32,635 bases of DNA from Amoebophrya sp. A120 (lineage: Eukaryota; Protista; Dinoflagellata). A program made the translations under genes and the position numbers. Where the stretch lies: positions 4,610,050 to 4,642,684 of the forward strand of contig CAJINV010000002.1 of the NCBI GenBank assembly GCA_905178155.1, given 5' to 3'. This document shows, one piece after another, positions 1 through 9,978 of the stretch (its first letter is position 1; the number at the start of each line of letters is the position of its first letter). The notes below the pieces were generated by a model. It saw only the letters and a list, made by a program, of their open reading frames with translations. It was not told the origin of the DNA and did no database searches.

Positions 1-415
1 AAAAACCCAAAATCTCGAGCCATAAGTTCCCTAGTTGCACGTGCCAATAGGGAACTTATGTTTTTCGAAAATGCAAAAACATAAGTTCCCTAATGGCACG
101 TGCCATTAGGGAACTTATGCCTCAGAGTTTTTGCATTTTCGCATGATGGAGTGAAAAAAAACTGAAAATCTCGAGCCATAAGTTCCCTAGTTGCACGTGC
201 CAATAGGGAACTTATGTTTTTCGAAAATGCAAAAACATAAGCTCCACTTATGCCTCAGACTTTTTGCATTTTCGCATGATGGAGTGAAAAAAAAGAAAAA
301 CCCAAAATCTCGAGCCATAAGTTCCCTAGTTGCACGTGCCAATAGGGAACTTATGTTTTTCGAAAATGCAAAAACATAAGTTCCCTAATGGCACGTGCCA
401 TTAGGGAACTTATGC
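1..415. repeat. Satellite built from 40-bp palindromes, higher-order period about 295 bp
   Basis: CATAAGTTCCCTA-N14-TAGGGAACTTATG occurs at 21-60, 80-119, 177-216, 316-355 and 375-414. The copies at 80 and 375 are perfect 40-bp palindromes centred on CACGTG. Linkers also repeat. The array runs into an N-gap. Confidence 0.95.
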
Positions 416-1137
416 NNNNNNNNNNNNNNNNNNNNNNNNNNNNNNNNNNNNNNNNNNNNNNNNNNNNNNNNNNNNNNNNNNNNNNNNNNNNNNNNNNNNN
501 NNNNNNNNNNNNNNNNNNNNNNNNNNNNNNNNNNNNNNNNNNNNNNNNNNNNNNNNNNNNNNNNNNNNNNNNNNNNNNNNNNNNNNNNNNNNNNNNNNNN
601 NNNNNNNNNNNNNNNNNNNNNNNNNNNNNNNNNNNNNNNNNNNNNNNNNNNNNNNNNNNNNNNNNNNNNNNNNNNNNNNNNNNNNNNNNNNNNNNNNNNN
701 NNNNNNNNNNNNNNNNNNNNNNNNNNNNNNNNNNNNNNNNNNNNNNNNNNNNNNNNNNNNNNNNNNNNNNNNNNNNNNNNNNNNNNNNNNNNNNNNNNNN
801 NNNNNNNNNNNNNNNNNNNNNNNNNNNNNNNNNNNNNNNNNNNNNNNNNNNNNNNNNNNNNNNNNNNNNNNNNNNNNNNNNNNNNNNNNNNNNNNNNNNN
901 NNNNNNNNNNNNNNNNNNNNNNNNNNNNNNNNNNNNNNNNNNNNNNNNNNNNNNNNNNNNNNNNNNNNNNNNNNNNNNNNNNNNNNNNNNNNNNNNNNNN
1001 NNNNNNNNNNNNNNNNNNNNNNNNNNNNNNNNNNNNNNNNNNNNNNNNNNNNNNNNNNNNNNNNNNNNNNNNNNNNNNNNNNNNNNNNNNNNNNNNNNNN
1101 NNNNNNNNNNNNNNNNNNNNNNNNNNNNNNNNNNNNN

Positions 1138-1623
1138 GTAGGCCTCGGCACAGGGACGAGCTGCGTAGGCTGCGGAACCGGGACGTGTAACGGAGGTCGC
1201 GCGCCGCGGAGGAAGAAGAAAGGCGTACATGGCGGAATTCGGAGAAAGGCGTAGAAACAACATATTTGAAAAAGATAAGCATTTTGATGAAAATAAAAGA
1301 TCTAAAAATACCCATAAAACAACCCACCCAAAAAAACGGCTTGGTGCCAGTAGGGCCCAGGAGGAAAAAGCAAGCAAGAAGAAGGCAGAGTAAGACTACT
1401 TCATAAAAAGCGCTAGTAAAGCCTTTTGCTCTGATCCGTCAAGGCGGGCCCGCCTTTCTGGTTCTAAAGCTTCAGCAATGCTGAGAACGTTCCGACCCTA
1501 AACCTCGAGGCACAAGTGCCAGAGATCTACGTACGTATGCGCACGAGCAAGGCAGAATAGGTGCCTGGTATGGACACACAATCCAACTAAAACAAAAAAC
1601 AAAACAAAATCGAAAAACGACTC
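1138..1623 (+). repeat. Segmental direct repeat, copy 1 (copy 2 at 4616-5101)
   Basis: About 486 bp, near-identical to 4616-5101 (I saw one A/G difference). Starts at a gap edge. Confidence 0.9.
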
Positions 1624-1997
1624 TCAATCCGGAGGAAGCCACAACGGAGTCGAAGGCGATATCGAGGCGAAGCGATGAAATCGAAAGCAAGCGAACAATC
1701 GATAGCAGGCTAACAATCGATGAGGATCGGCAGTGCACGCCACAAATCACAGGCAACGATAATCTCATGCGAAAAACTAGGGGCAAAATCGAAGGGCAAG
1801 AGACGAGATCGAAACCGATGAAGCGAAATCGAAAGAGTTCCCTCATGCCATCTCAAACGAAGGCGAGATCGAGAGGAAACTCAGCATGTCAAGATGTTTG
1901 TGTTAAACATCCATTTTCTCTTCGGATTTATTTTTGTACAAGTCAAGCAGTCACGTTCATATTCGTGTTTGAATGTTTCAAAATTCGGAGCATACAA

Positions 1998-2040
1998 TGA
2001 ATTTGAGTTTCTATTGCGTGAATGAAAATGAGCAAAAAAG
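1998..2040 (+). repeat. Dispersed ~40-bp motif TGAATTTGAGTYTCTHTTGCGTGAATGAAAATGASCA, copy 1 of 5
   Basis: Other copies at 2953-2995, 3793-3829, 4524-4566 and 9904-9939 (5'-shortened), all in the same orientation. Confidence 0.9.
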
Positions 2041-2547
2041 AACTTCTTTGATCAAGTGGGACCGTTTACCAAGATGCTGGAATCGTTAGAATAGGAATTA
2101 AAAAAAAAGATGTTCAGGTGCGAAGGGGTCCACAAGGTTCACCCAGGGGGCAGCTCAGGCTCGGCAGCATGATCGGCAATCCGCAGCGAAGGTTCTTCTC
2201 TGTCCCGAAGAGTTCGCGCCGAACTGGGCGGCAGGCTGCGGCGCCGCAAGGTGGCGACCCGATGGCAGGAATCATGACTGGCGTCGCAGTGCTAGTGCTG
2301 GCTGTTGTTCGGCGGAATGCCTGCATGCAAAAGTCGTGGCACGAAGGACGCCCTCCCTCGTACCGGCCTCCGCTTCCCACAATTTCGATCGTCCAAACTC
2401 CTTCGCGACTCTCCGATAAGCTCTCCTGAATTGAATGAAAAACTTTGATCACTATGAAAAGATCGACTCGTTATGTTGCCCATTTGCCGGCACGTCGGGC
2501 TCGCCCTAAAACAACCTCAGTCGCGAATAAGAGAGAGACTGATGATC

Positions 2548-2925
2548 TCAGCGACACGAGGCGACAACCGGAGCTGTCGAGGCGCGAGAGCTTAGCAAGC
2601 CTTCGCACCCTGTTGAAGGGCGAGGCTGGTACTGGTTCGGTTTCTCGATGAACACCCTGGCAAGGATTTCCTTGGCGGTTTGCACTTGGCCAGAGGTGAT
2701 GGCCTTCGCGACCACAGCCTTGTACGCCTCCCCCTGGGCGTCGTCGATCAAGGCCTTCAAGGCTTCCTCCGCGTTCTTCGTAAACCAGGCGGGCGGGATG
2801 TGTTTTGCGTGCTTGGTGGCATCGAAGTCATCCTCCTCCCAGTCACACCATTCCAACCACCGCAATTTTTCGAACTTTCGCAAGTCCTGGGTGGTGTGTC
2901 CGAACACTTCCATACCCCAACCCCG
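2548..2925 (-). CDS. Possible coding fragment of unknown function, perhaps derived from a mobile element
   Basis: The segment MEVFGHTTQDLRKFEKLRWLEW...KEILARVFIEKP has protein-like composition and GC3-rich codons. Its 5' side abuts the dispersed motif at 2953. No family recognised. Confidence 0.3.
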   Translation of the reverse strand, partial: RGWGMEVFGHTTQDLRKFEKLRWLEWCDWEEDDFDATKHAKHIPPAWFTKNAEEALKALIDDAQGEAYKAVVAKAITSGQVQTAKEILARVFIEKPNQYQPRPSTGCEGLLSSRASTAPVVASCR

Positions 2926-2997
2926 TCTGAACAAGATTTCCCCAACCCCGTCTGAATTTGAGTTTCTTTTGCGTGAATGAAAATGAGCAAAGAAGTA

Positions 2998-3550
2998 CTT
3001 CAGGGGGGCCGCCGGCTCCCCACACCGGCGCTTCTGCATGAGCAATGCCTCCAACTGCGCACGCCAGAAACGCCGGCGCGCACATGGCAAACATTCCAAC
3101 AACATAGCAGGGCGGCCGGCCTGAAAAGGATCGGCAACACATGTGACAACCCCTCAACCCAGCAAGCCTGCCTAGTGGCTGCAATGTGGCCGGACAAAAC
3201 ACAGCTCACCACACCAAGGACAACGCAACACGGAATGGCGAAAAGGAGACCTGTATGACATTCAGATAGTGGCGCGCGCGGCAGCGCGCGCCCAAAAATT
3301 CACACCCTTCTTCAGAATCTCTTTCGTAATGCGGAGGCTCACGGACTTCCCCTCCGAAACCGATCCAACCAATTTCGAACTGAATCCGATTTCCATCCGT
3401 TTTTCATCCGAAGCCATTTTCTGACTAGGGAAACGGAATTCGGATGGAAATCGGATGGCATTCGGATCGAAATCGGATTCCGTTCGAAATTGATGGGGCT
3501 GCTCCACGAAGCAACGGATCTGGTTTGAAATTGGGGAAGGGCTCACGGAT
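2998..3550 (+). repeat. Dispersed ~555-bp repeat, copy 1 (copy 2 at 8552-9108)
   Basis: High identity with scattered substitutions and a small CAACATA indel. Contains an internal 15-bp inverted repeat TCCGATTTCCATCCG / CGGATGGAAATCGGA. Confidence 0.92.
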
Positions 3551-3987
3551 TNACGCGCGCGGTTTTTCCCCCAGGGAAAAAGCAGAAGGAGAGCAATCCT
3601 GCAGCACTTAGCTTGGGAAGTCGGAGAATGCAGGAGCTAGCAGTCGTGCGGAAAAAGTTTCATTCGCTTGCTCTTGTTCTGTGGGCCGTACCAACTTAGC
3701 CGCTAATTACGGTTTTTCGAGTAACGTCGCAACATCGCTCGCAGATGCAGACTATTCATCTTCTTGTCAGAATTCGGAGCATAGGCATACAATGAATTTG
3801 AGTCTCTTTTGCGTGAATGAAAATGACCACACTTTGAAAAATGGGACGCAGAGCGGCGCATGCACTTTGAACGGCCGCTCTGATCTGCGGGCGAAAGCAA
3901 TGCCAGCCGGTCGCTGCGCCCTAGCGAGCTTCTTGAGGAGGCGCCGCGCGCAGACAAGTGGGCAGGTTGGGCTCCTGGAGATGGTCC

Positions 3988-4495
3988 GCGAGAGGGTCCG
4001 GGAGAGGGTCCCGGAGAGGGTCCGGGAGAGGGTCCGGGAGAGGGTCCGGGAGAGGGTCAGAGAGGGTCCGGGAGAGGGTCCGGGAGAGGGTCGGAGAGGT
4101 TCCAGGAGAGGGTCGGAGAGGGTCCCGGAGAGGGTCCGGGAGAGGGTCGGAGAGGTCCCGAGAGGGTCCGTCGAGAGGTAAAATAGAGGTTCCCGGAGAG
4201 GGTCGGGGTAGAGGGTCGCCTAGAGGGTCGCCCTATACTACTCACCCTCTCCGACCCTCTACACCCTCTTCCCCTACCCTCTATTTTACCTCTCCCCAAC
4301 CTCTACCCTACCTCTGCGCGCGTATAGCCCCGCTTTAGCGGCGTGCATACTACACACCCTCTCCCTACCCTCTCCGTTACCTCTCGTTTTACCTCTCCCC
4401 GACCCTCTCACTTTGCCCGACCCTCTACTTTACCTCTCCGACCCTCTATGTTACCTCTATAGAACCTCTCCCCAACCTCTACCCTACCCTCTCCA
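3988..4495. repeat. 12-bp minisatellite (GAGAGGGTCCGG)n followed by a degenerate complementary ACCCTCT array (foldback)
   Basis: About 15 units at 3988-4170 and a C-rich complementary tract at about 4243-4495. Exact 17-bp inverted pair at 4173-4189 and 4278-4294. Confidence 0.9.
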
Positions 4496-4615
4496 GCCCC
4501 GTTTTCTTCCATATATAAATATATGAATTTGAGTTTCTCTTGCGTGAATGAAAATGAGCAAAAAAGATCATGCTAAGAACCCTAAACAAACCCTTAACCC
4601 TGAAACCCTTGCTGT

Positions 4616-5101
4616 GTAGGCCTCGGCACAGGGACGAGCTGCGTAGGCTGCGGAACCGGGACGTGTAACGGAGGTCGCGCGCCGCGGAGGAAGAAGAAAG
4701 GCGTACATGGCGGAATTCGGAGAAAGGCGTAGAAACAACATATTTGAAAAAGATAAGCATTTTGATGAAAATAAAAGATCTAAAAATACCCATAAAACAA
4801 CCCACCCAAAAAAACGGCTTGGTGCCAGTAGGGCCCAGGAGGAAAAAGCAAGCAAGAAGAAGGCAGAGTAAGACTACTTCATAAAAAGCGCTAGTAAAGC
4901 CTTTTGCTCTGATCCGTCAAGGCGGGCCCGCCTTTCTGGTTCTAAAGCTTCAGCAATGCTGAGAACGTTCCGACCCTAAACCTCGAGGCACAAGTGCCAG
5001 AGATCTACGTACGTATGCGCACGAGCAAGGCAGGATAGGTGCCTGGTATGGACACACAATCCAACTAAAACAAAAAACAAAACAAAATCGAAAAACGACT
5101 C
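4616..5101 (+). repeat. Segmental direct repeat, copy 2
   Basis: Matches 1138-1623 and ends at a gap edge. Confidence 0.9.
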
Positions 5102-6636
5102 NNNNNNNNNNNNNNNNNNNNNNNNNNNNNNNNNNNNNNNNNNNNNNNNNNNNNNNNNNNNNNNNNNNNNNNNNNNNNNNNNNNNNNNNNNNNNNNNNNN
5201 NNNNNNNNNNNNNNNNNNNNNNNNNNNNNNNNNNNNNNNNNNNNNNNNNNNNNNNNNNNNNNNNNNNNNNNNNNNNNNNNNNNNNNNNNNNNNNNNNNNN
5301 NNNNNNNNNNNNNNNNNNNNNNNNNNNNNNNNNNNNNNNNNNNNNNNNNNNNNNNNNNNNNNNNNNNNNNNNNNNNNNNNNNNNNNNNNNNNNNNNNNNN
5401 NNNNNNNNNNNNNNNNNNNNNNNNNNNNNNNNNNNNNNNNNNNNNNNNNNNNNNNNNNNNNNNNNNNNNNNNNNNNNNNNNNNNNNNNNNNNNNNNNNNN
5501 NNNNNNNNNNNNNNNNNNNNNNNNNNNNNNNNNNNNNNNNNNNNNNNNNNNNNNNNNNNNNNNNNNNNNNNNNNNNNNNNNNNNNNNNNAGGAAGAGAAC
5601 GAGCAGAAAACTCAGGGCCACAAACGCGGACCAGCTGCACCTCTTGTCGTGCGGAAAACTTGCCCTATCCTGCAGAAAAGCACACCTGTACTAGTAGTTG
5701 TAACTAGCGCAGGAGACATCAAAGACTGCGAGAATTAGAAGTGAGCTGCTGTTTATTTATCTTGCCACAACAAAAACTCGACACTAACGCACTTTTTCGT
5801 AAAAACGCGGATGCCTGCTCCTCCAGAATGCACAGGGTCGTGCAGCGCAGCGCTGCTTTCTTCCCCACTAGTGCCACTAGGGACGGGCACAAGGCCCCAG
5901 CGTGGGGATCTTGTTTGTCATGCTAAACAACCAAAGAGTGATACTCCACTAATAAAACTGAAAAGAAAAAACACAGCACTCATTTCATTCAAATTCATGT
6001 TCATCCCTATATTCTGATAGATACTATACTAGGGGTGTACTTTTCTGTGGGATATGCCCACTTGTTGGTGTATCGCGTCCTCCATCTTGTTCTGGAGCTT
6101 CTGCGGGTCCCGGATTCTCGTCCGCCTCGTTTCCGCAACATGATCTTCCTGACCATAGTATCTCCAGCGTAGCCCTCCTGCCACGAGGAGAGGACCGACG
6201 ACGCAGGCACAGACCCCAGCAAAAAAGTAAAACTTACGGCATGATCGTCGCGAATGCAACGAGCATTTTTAAGTTGGCGCGGCTCGTCCCGAGCGGTCTT
6301 GTTAGATAGTAGATCGCCGTTTTATTTAATACACGATCATGATAGATGATCATAAGCTGGAGCAGGTGGGGTCGTGTGCAAGAAGAAGCCTTTAGGTGGT
6401 CTGGTACCTATCGTTCTCACTATGTTGAGCAGCAGCACAAGCTGCAGGAGCAAGCGCTATGTCACTGATTTGAGGATCATGATGGAGATGGTATAAGAAT
6501 TTGACGGCATAAGAAACGCACGAAAGAACCATCACGCGCGTCATCCCGCAGCCGGCACCGCAAGGAACAACAGAAGCTATCCACCTTTCGCAGAGTGGTG
6601 CAAGAATGTCATTTGCTATTGCTCCGCCCGCCGTGT

Positions 6637-6750
6637 TATCTTCAAATGCAGAAAATATGTCTGGGTCGTCCTCTCGGTCTGGAAACTTGTGATGCAGGTT
6701 GAGAAATAATTCCAGTTGACTGCCAAACATGACAAGCTTTGGAAGTGCTA
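6637..6750. mobile_element. Orphan end of a family-B introner-like element
   Basis: TCAAATGCAGAAAATATGTCTGGGTC...TCTGGAAACTTGTGATGC resembles the TIRs at 10884, 11856 and 16259. I found no partner TIR. Confidence 0.7.
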
Positions 6751-6754
6751 AAGT

Positions 6755-6803
6755 CCTCAGGAGGACGAGTGTTGTGTCTTCTGTTTCTGTATGACAATTA
6801 ACC
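6755..6803 (+). repeat. 49-bp exact direct repeat (second copy 8016-8064)
   Basis: CCTCAGGAGGACGAGTGTTGTGTCTTCTGTTTCTGTATGACAATTAACC occurs twice, each followed closely by CCGTCGTGTAAT. Confidence 0.9.
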
Positions 6804-7478
6804 TCAGCCCGCCCCCCGTCGTGTAATTCAATTTGTGAAGCATTTTTGACGAATTTGTGAAGAAGAGCCATTTTGAAAATGGGCCTCCTACAGGTGGGAA
6901 CCCCCCGAGCTTTTTCCCCTTGCCTTTCGACAACCAAAACGAGGGCGCGATGGCACACAAAGCGCGCGCAGCTTCCCGACGTGCGTGATATTTCTTCGCT
7001 TCCCGCGTCGCGCTTTGTTAGGGTGGTGGCACGCGAGAAGAGCGCGACAGGCGCCAAAGACGGCACTGCCAACGGCAAGCAGGATGCAGCCTGCAAATAA
7101 GCCTTGGATGGGCAGCCGGCTAACAAAAACGACGGCCCCCACTGGTAAACGATGGCCACATCCACACCTCCCACAAAAAGAAGGGGGCTGGTAGTCCTGT
7201 GGATGCAGCTACAGAAACACTCTTGGCGGCCCGAAGGGCCGCGCACCCCCGACCCTTTGTGCGCGATGGTCGCCAGAAGCCGAAAAGAGACGAGCGAGGC
7301 AACGTCGATTGGCTGCAGGTGAATCTTGCGAACGCCGGAACTCGAAGCGAAGTCCCGACAGGTCAAAAAAAAGTCAGGATATTTTTGAAGAAAGTCAAAA
7401 ACCAGTCAAATGCAAGTCAAAATTGGCCGTAGCAGTGGGGGAAGCAAAACTTGACTTTTTTTTGACTCTCTTCAAGAG

Positions 7479-7604
7479 TTACTTGATTGCCGTCAAAAAT
7501 TGCTTGATTGCCGTCACAAATTGCTTGATTGCCGTCAAAAATTGCTTGATTGCCGTCAAAAATTGCTTGATTGCCGTCACAAATTGCTTGATTGCCGTCA
7601 AAAT
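7479..7604. repeat. 21-bp tandem repeat, 6 units
   Basis: TTGCTTGATTGCCGTCAMAAA units with no spacers. Confidence 0.95.
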
Positions 7605-8551
7605 ATCTTGACCACTACCAAAATATCTTGACCGCCTTCAAGCGTAAGTGCCTGCCCTCAAAGATTGCCGATTTCCCTCAACATCTGCTAAGCGGCTGCA
7701 CGTGCCGGCGAATCGCCTGCAGGCGTCCGCATTGAATATCCGCAACCCGCGGTAAGTGCTTCAGGATCGTCTGAAACCAAGCTGGACGACCTTCAGGGGC
7801 TGACTCAAGGGCGAGGCGGGGCGAGGTGATGTTGCGTCGCAAGACAGCCGCGGACGGCGCGCAGTATTGCGCACGCGATTCACTACGGGCCAGCACCAAA
7901 ACACCAGCGGAGCTACGTTTTAGTGACGCCTGCAATTTCACAAGCAGCGCACTTCGAGCACGAGAAACAGCAGGCAAGAGCTTCACTTTTTCAAAAAGTG
8001 CTTTCTTCAAAAATGCCTCAGGAGGACGAGTGTTGTGTCTTCTGTTTCTGTATGACAATTAACCCTGGCCGTGCCGTCGTGTAATGCGATTTCGAACTGA
8101 ATTCAAACTGAATTCAAAATGTAGCAACTTTGAAAAAAACAGAATTCGGAGAGCATGCTGAAATGCATCCTGCGCGGCCTATCTTGCCACATTTAGAAGC
8201 GCAGGGGCCGCACGCCATTGCGCAAGCAACCCCGAGCCTACGCCCCTCATTGTGGCCAGAGAGGCCACCCAAAGTGCCCCAGACAAAGAGGTCCGGCAGC
8301 CGCGCAACATTTTGCACAGATCATTGAAGAGTAGCAAGCATAGCCTCGCAATGCTTGCTGGAGGCGTAAGCGGCTGAAGGGGGTAGGAAAGAGTAGCATG
8401 CTAAAGAACGCAGCACCCCAAAGGACCTGCTCCGACTCAGTCATCCGGCCACGACAAAGACGGCGAATGAGCGAAGCCCTTGCGGCATTGGCTCCACGCT
8501 TCTAGTGCCCATATGCCTCACGGCCAAGGCCTTGCAGTCTGAGCAGAAGCG

Positions 8552-9108
8552 CTTCAGGGGGGCCGCCGGCTCCCCCCACCGGCGCTTCTGCATGAGCAAT
8601 GCCTCCAACTGCGCACGCCAGAAACGCCGGCGCGCACATGGCAAACATTCCAACATACAACATAGCAGGGCGGCCGGCCTGAAAAGGATCGGCAACACAT
8701 GTGGCAACCCCTCAACCCAGCAAGCCTGCCTAGTGGCTGCAGTGTGGCCGGACAAAACACAGCTCACCACACCAAGGACGACACAACACGGAATGGCGAA
8801 AAGGAGACCTGAATGACATTCAGATAATGGCGCGCGCGGCAGCGCGCGCCCAAAAATTCAAACCCTTCTTCGGGATCTCTTTCGTAATGCGGAGGCTCAC
8901 GGACTTCCCCTCCGAAACCGATCCAACCAATTTCGAACTGAATCCGATTTCCATCCGTTTTTCATCCGAAGCCATTTTCTGACTAGGGAAACGGAATTCG
9001 GATGGAAATCGGATGGCATTCGGATCGAAATCGGATTCCGTTCGAAATTGATGGGGCTGCTCCACGAAGCAACGGATCTGGTTTGAAATTGGGGAAGGGC
9101 TCACGGAT
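8552..9108 (+). repeat. Dispersed ~555-bp repeat, copy 2
   Basis: Matches 2998-3550. Confidence 0.92.
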
Positions 9109-9112
9109 CTTC

Positions 9113-9179
9113 GTTCGAATTCGCGGATTCCGTTTGAATTCGCGGATTCAGTTTGAATTCGCGGACTTGGTTTGAATTT
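9113..9179. repeat. 19-bp tandem repeat, about 3.5 units
   Basis: GTTTGAATTCGCGGATTCN units immediately after the 8552-9108 repeat. Confidence 0.85.
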
Positions 9180-9978
9180 GAAGGCTGGGCCAATCCCTTA
9201 CCAAAGACAGGTCAGCGGGTATCGGTCGCATTGCCCCATGTGGCAAAAGCTGGACGCAGCTGCCCTGCCCTGCGAGCAACAGACAGCTGTGCTTCGACAG
9301 GCACATATTTCAAAAGGGCCGGACCTCTGCAACCCACGAAGAGGAGGGTCGCAAAATGTCCGATCGTGGGACGCCATTTTTCGCTGGCTCACAAGAAATC
9401 GAACACGGCACAACATGGCCGGAAATACGATTGCGCGCATGCATTTCCCTTCCCCTTTGAACCCGCGCCCCAGGAGAAATCAGATTCGCCGCATCCCCGG
9501 CACGCCCCATGAGAGCGTCTGGCACATGGGGAAGAGCGTCGCAGCAGGCTTAGGCAGGGAGTCTTCAATGCGCCTAGCACGGTGGGCGAAGCGGGCTCCT
9601 TTGACCCTTTGAAGCCGCCCGCTCCATCCGAATCCCGCCCCATTTTCCTCGGGTCTGTGCCATATCTGAGCGGGCTAACACAGTAGAACTTTAGTTGAGT
9701 TCTCCTGCACCTCCCACACAGGCGCCGCACGACGCTGCCATACCCAAGCCACGCTAGAAGGTGGGCGCAGAGGCCAGACCATCGCCAGGAAGGATCCACG
9801 CCACAAAGAATGTGAGCGGTTCAAGAAATCAAAAGCGCTGGCATTTTGAATTCAGTTTGAAATTGTTTTGAATTCATTTTAGCACCGGGCGGTCCAGCGT
9901 TAAGAGTTTCTTTTGCGTGAATGAAAATGACCAAAGAAGCCTTCAACTTCTTTGAGGCTGAGTCACAATTTGAATTTT

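Noticed and set aside
1-415. CRISPR array (palindromic repeats with spacers)
   Set aside because: The spacers themselves repeat, the context is eukaryotic and no cas genes are visible. It is a satellite.
351-1377. Long ORFs spanning the first gap (also 4950-5640 and 13196-13565)
   Set aside because: Artefacts of translating N runs.
3681-4338. ORFs with RERV or GRGS repeats
   Set aside because: Translations of the 12-bp minisatellite.
1138-5101. The 486-bp repeat pair as LTRs of a retrotransposon
   Set aside because: Both copies are cut by gaps so their ends cannot be seen, and no gag-pol, PBS or TSD is recognisable between them.
6392-7366. 324-aa ORF as a single gene or transposase
   Set aside because: It crosses a dispersed repeat and an introner end, and shows no DDE, RT or recombinase motif.
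7309-7611. ORF with CLIAVKN repeats
   Set aside because: Translation of the 21-bp tandem repeat.
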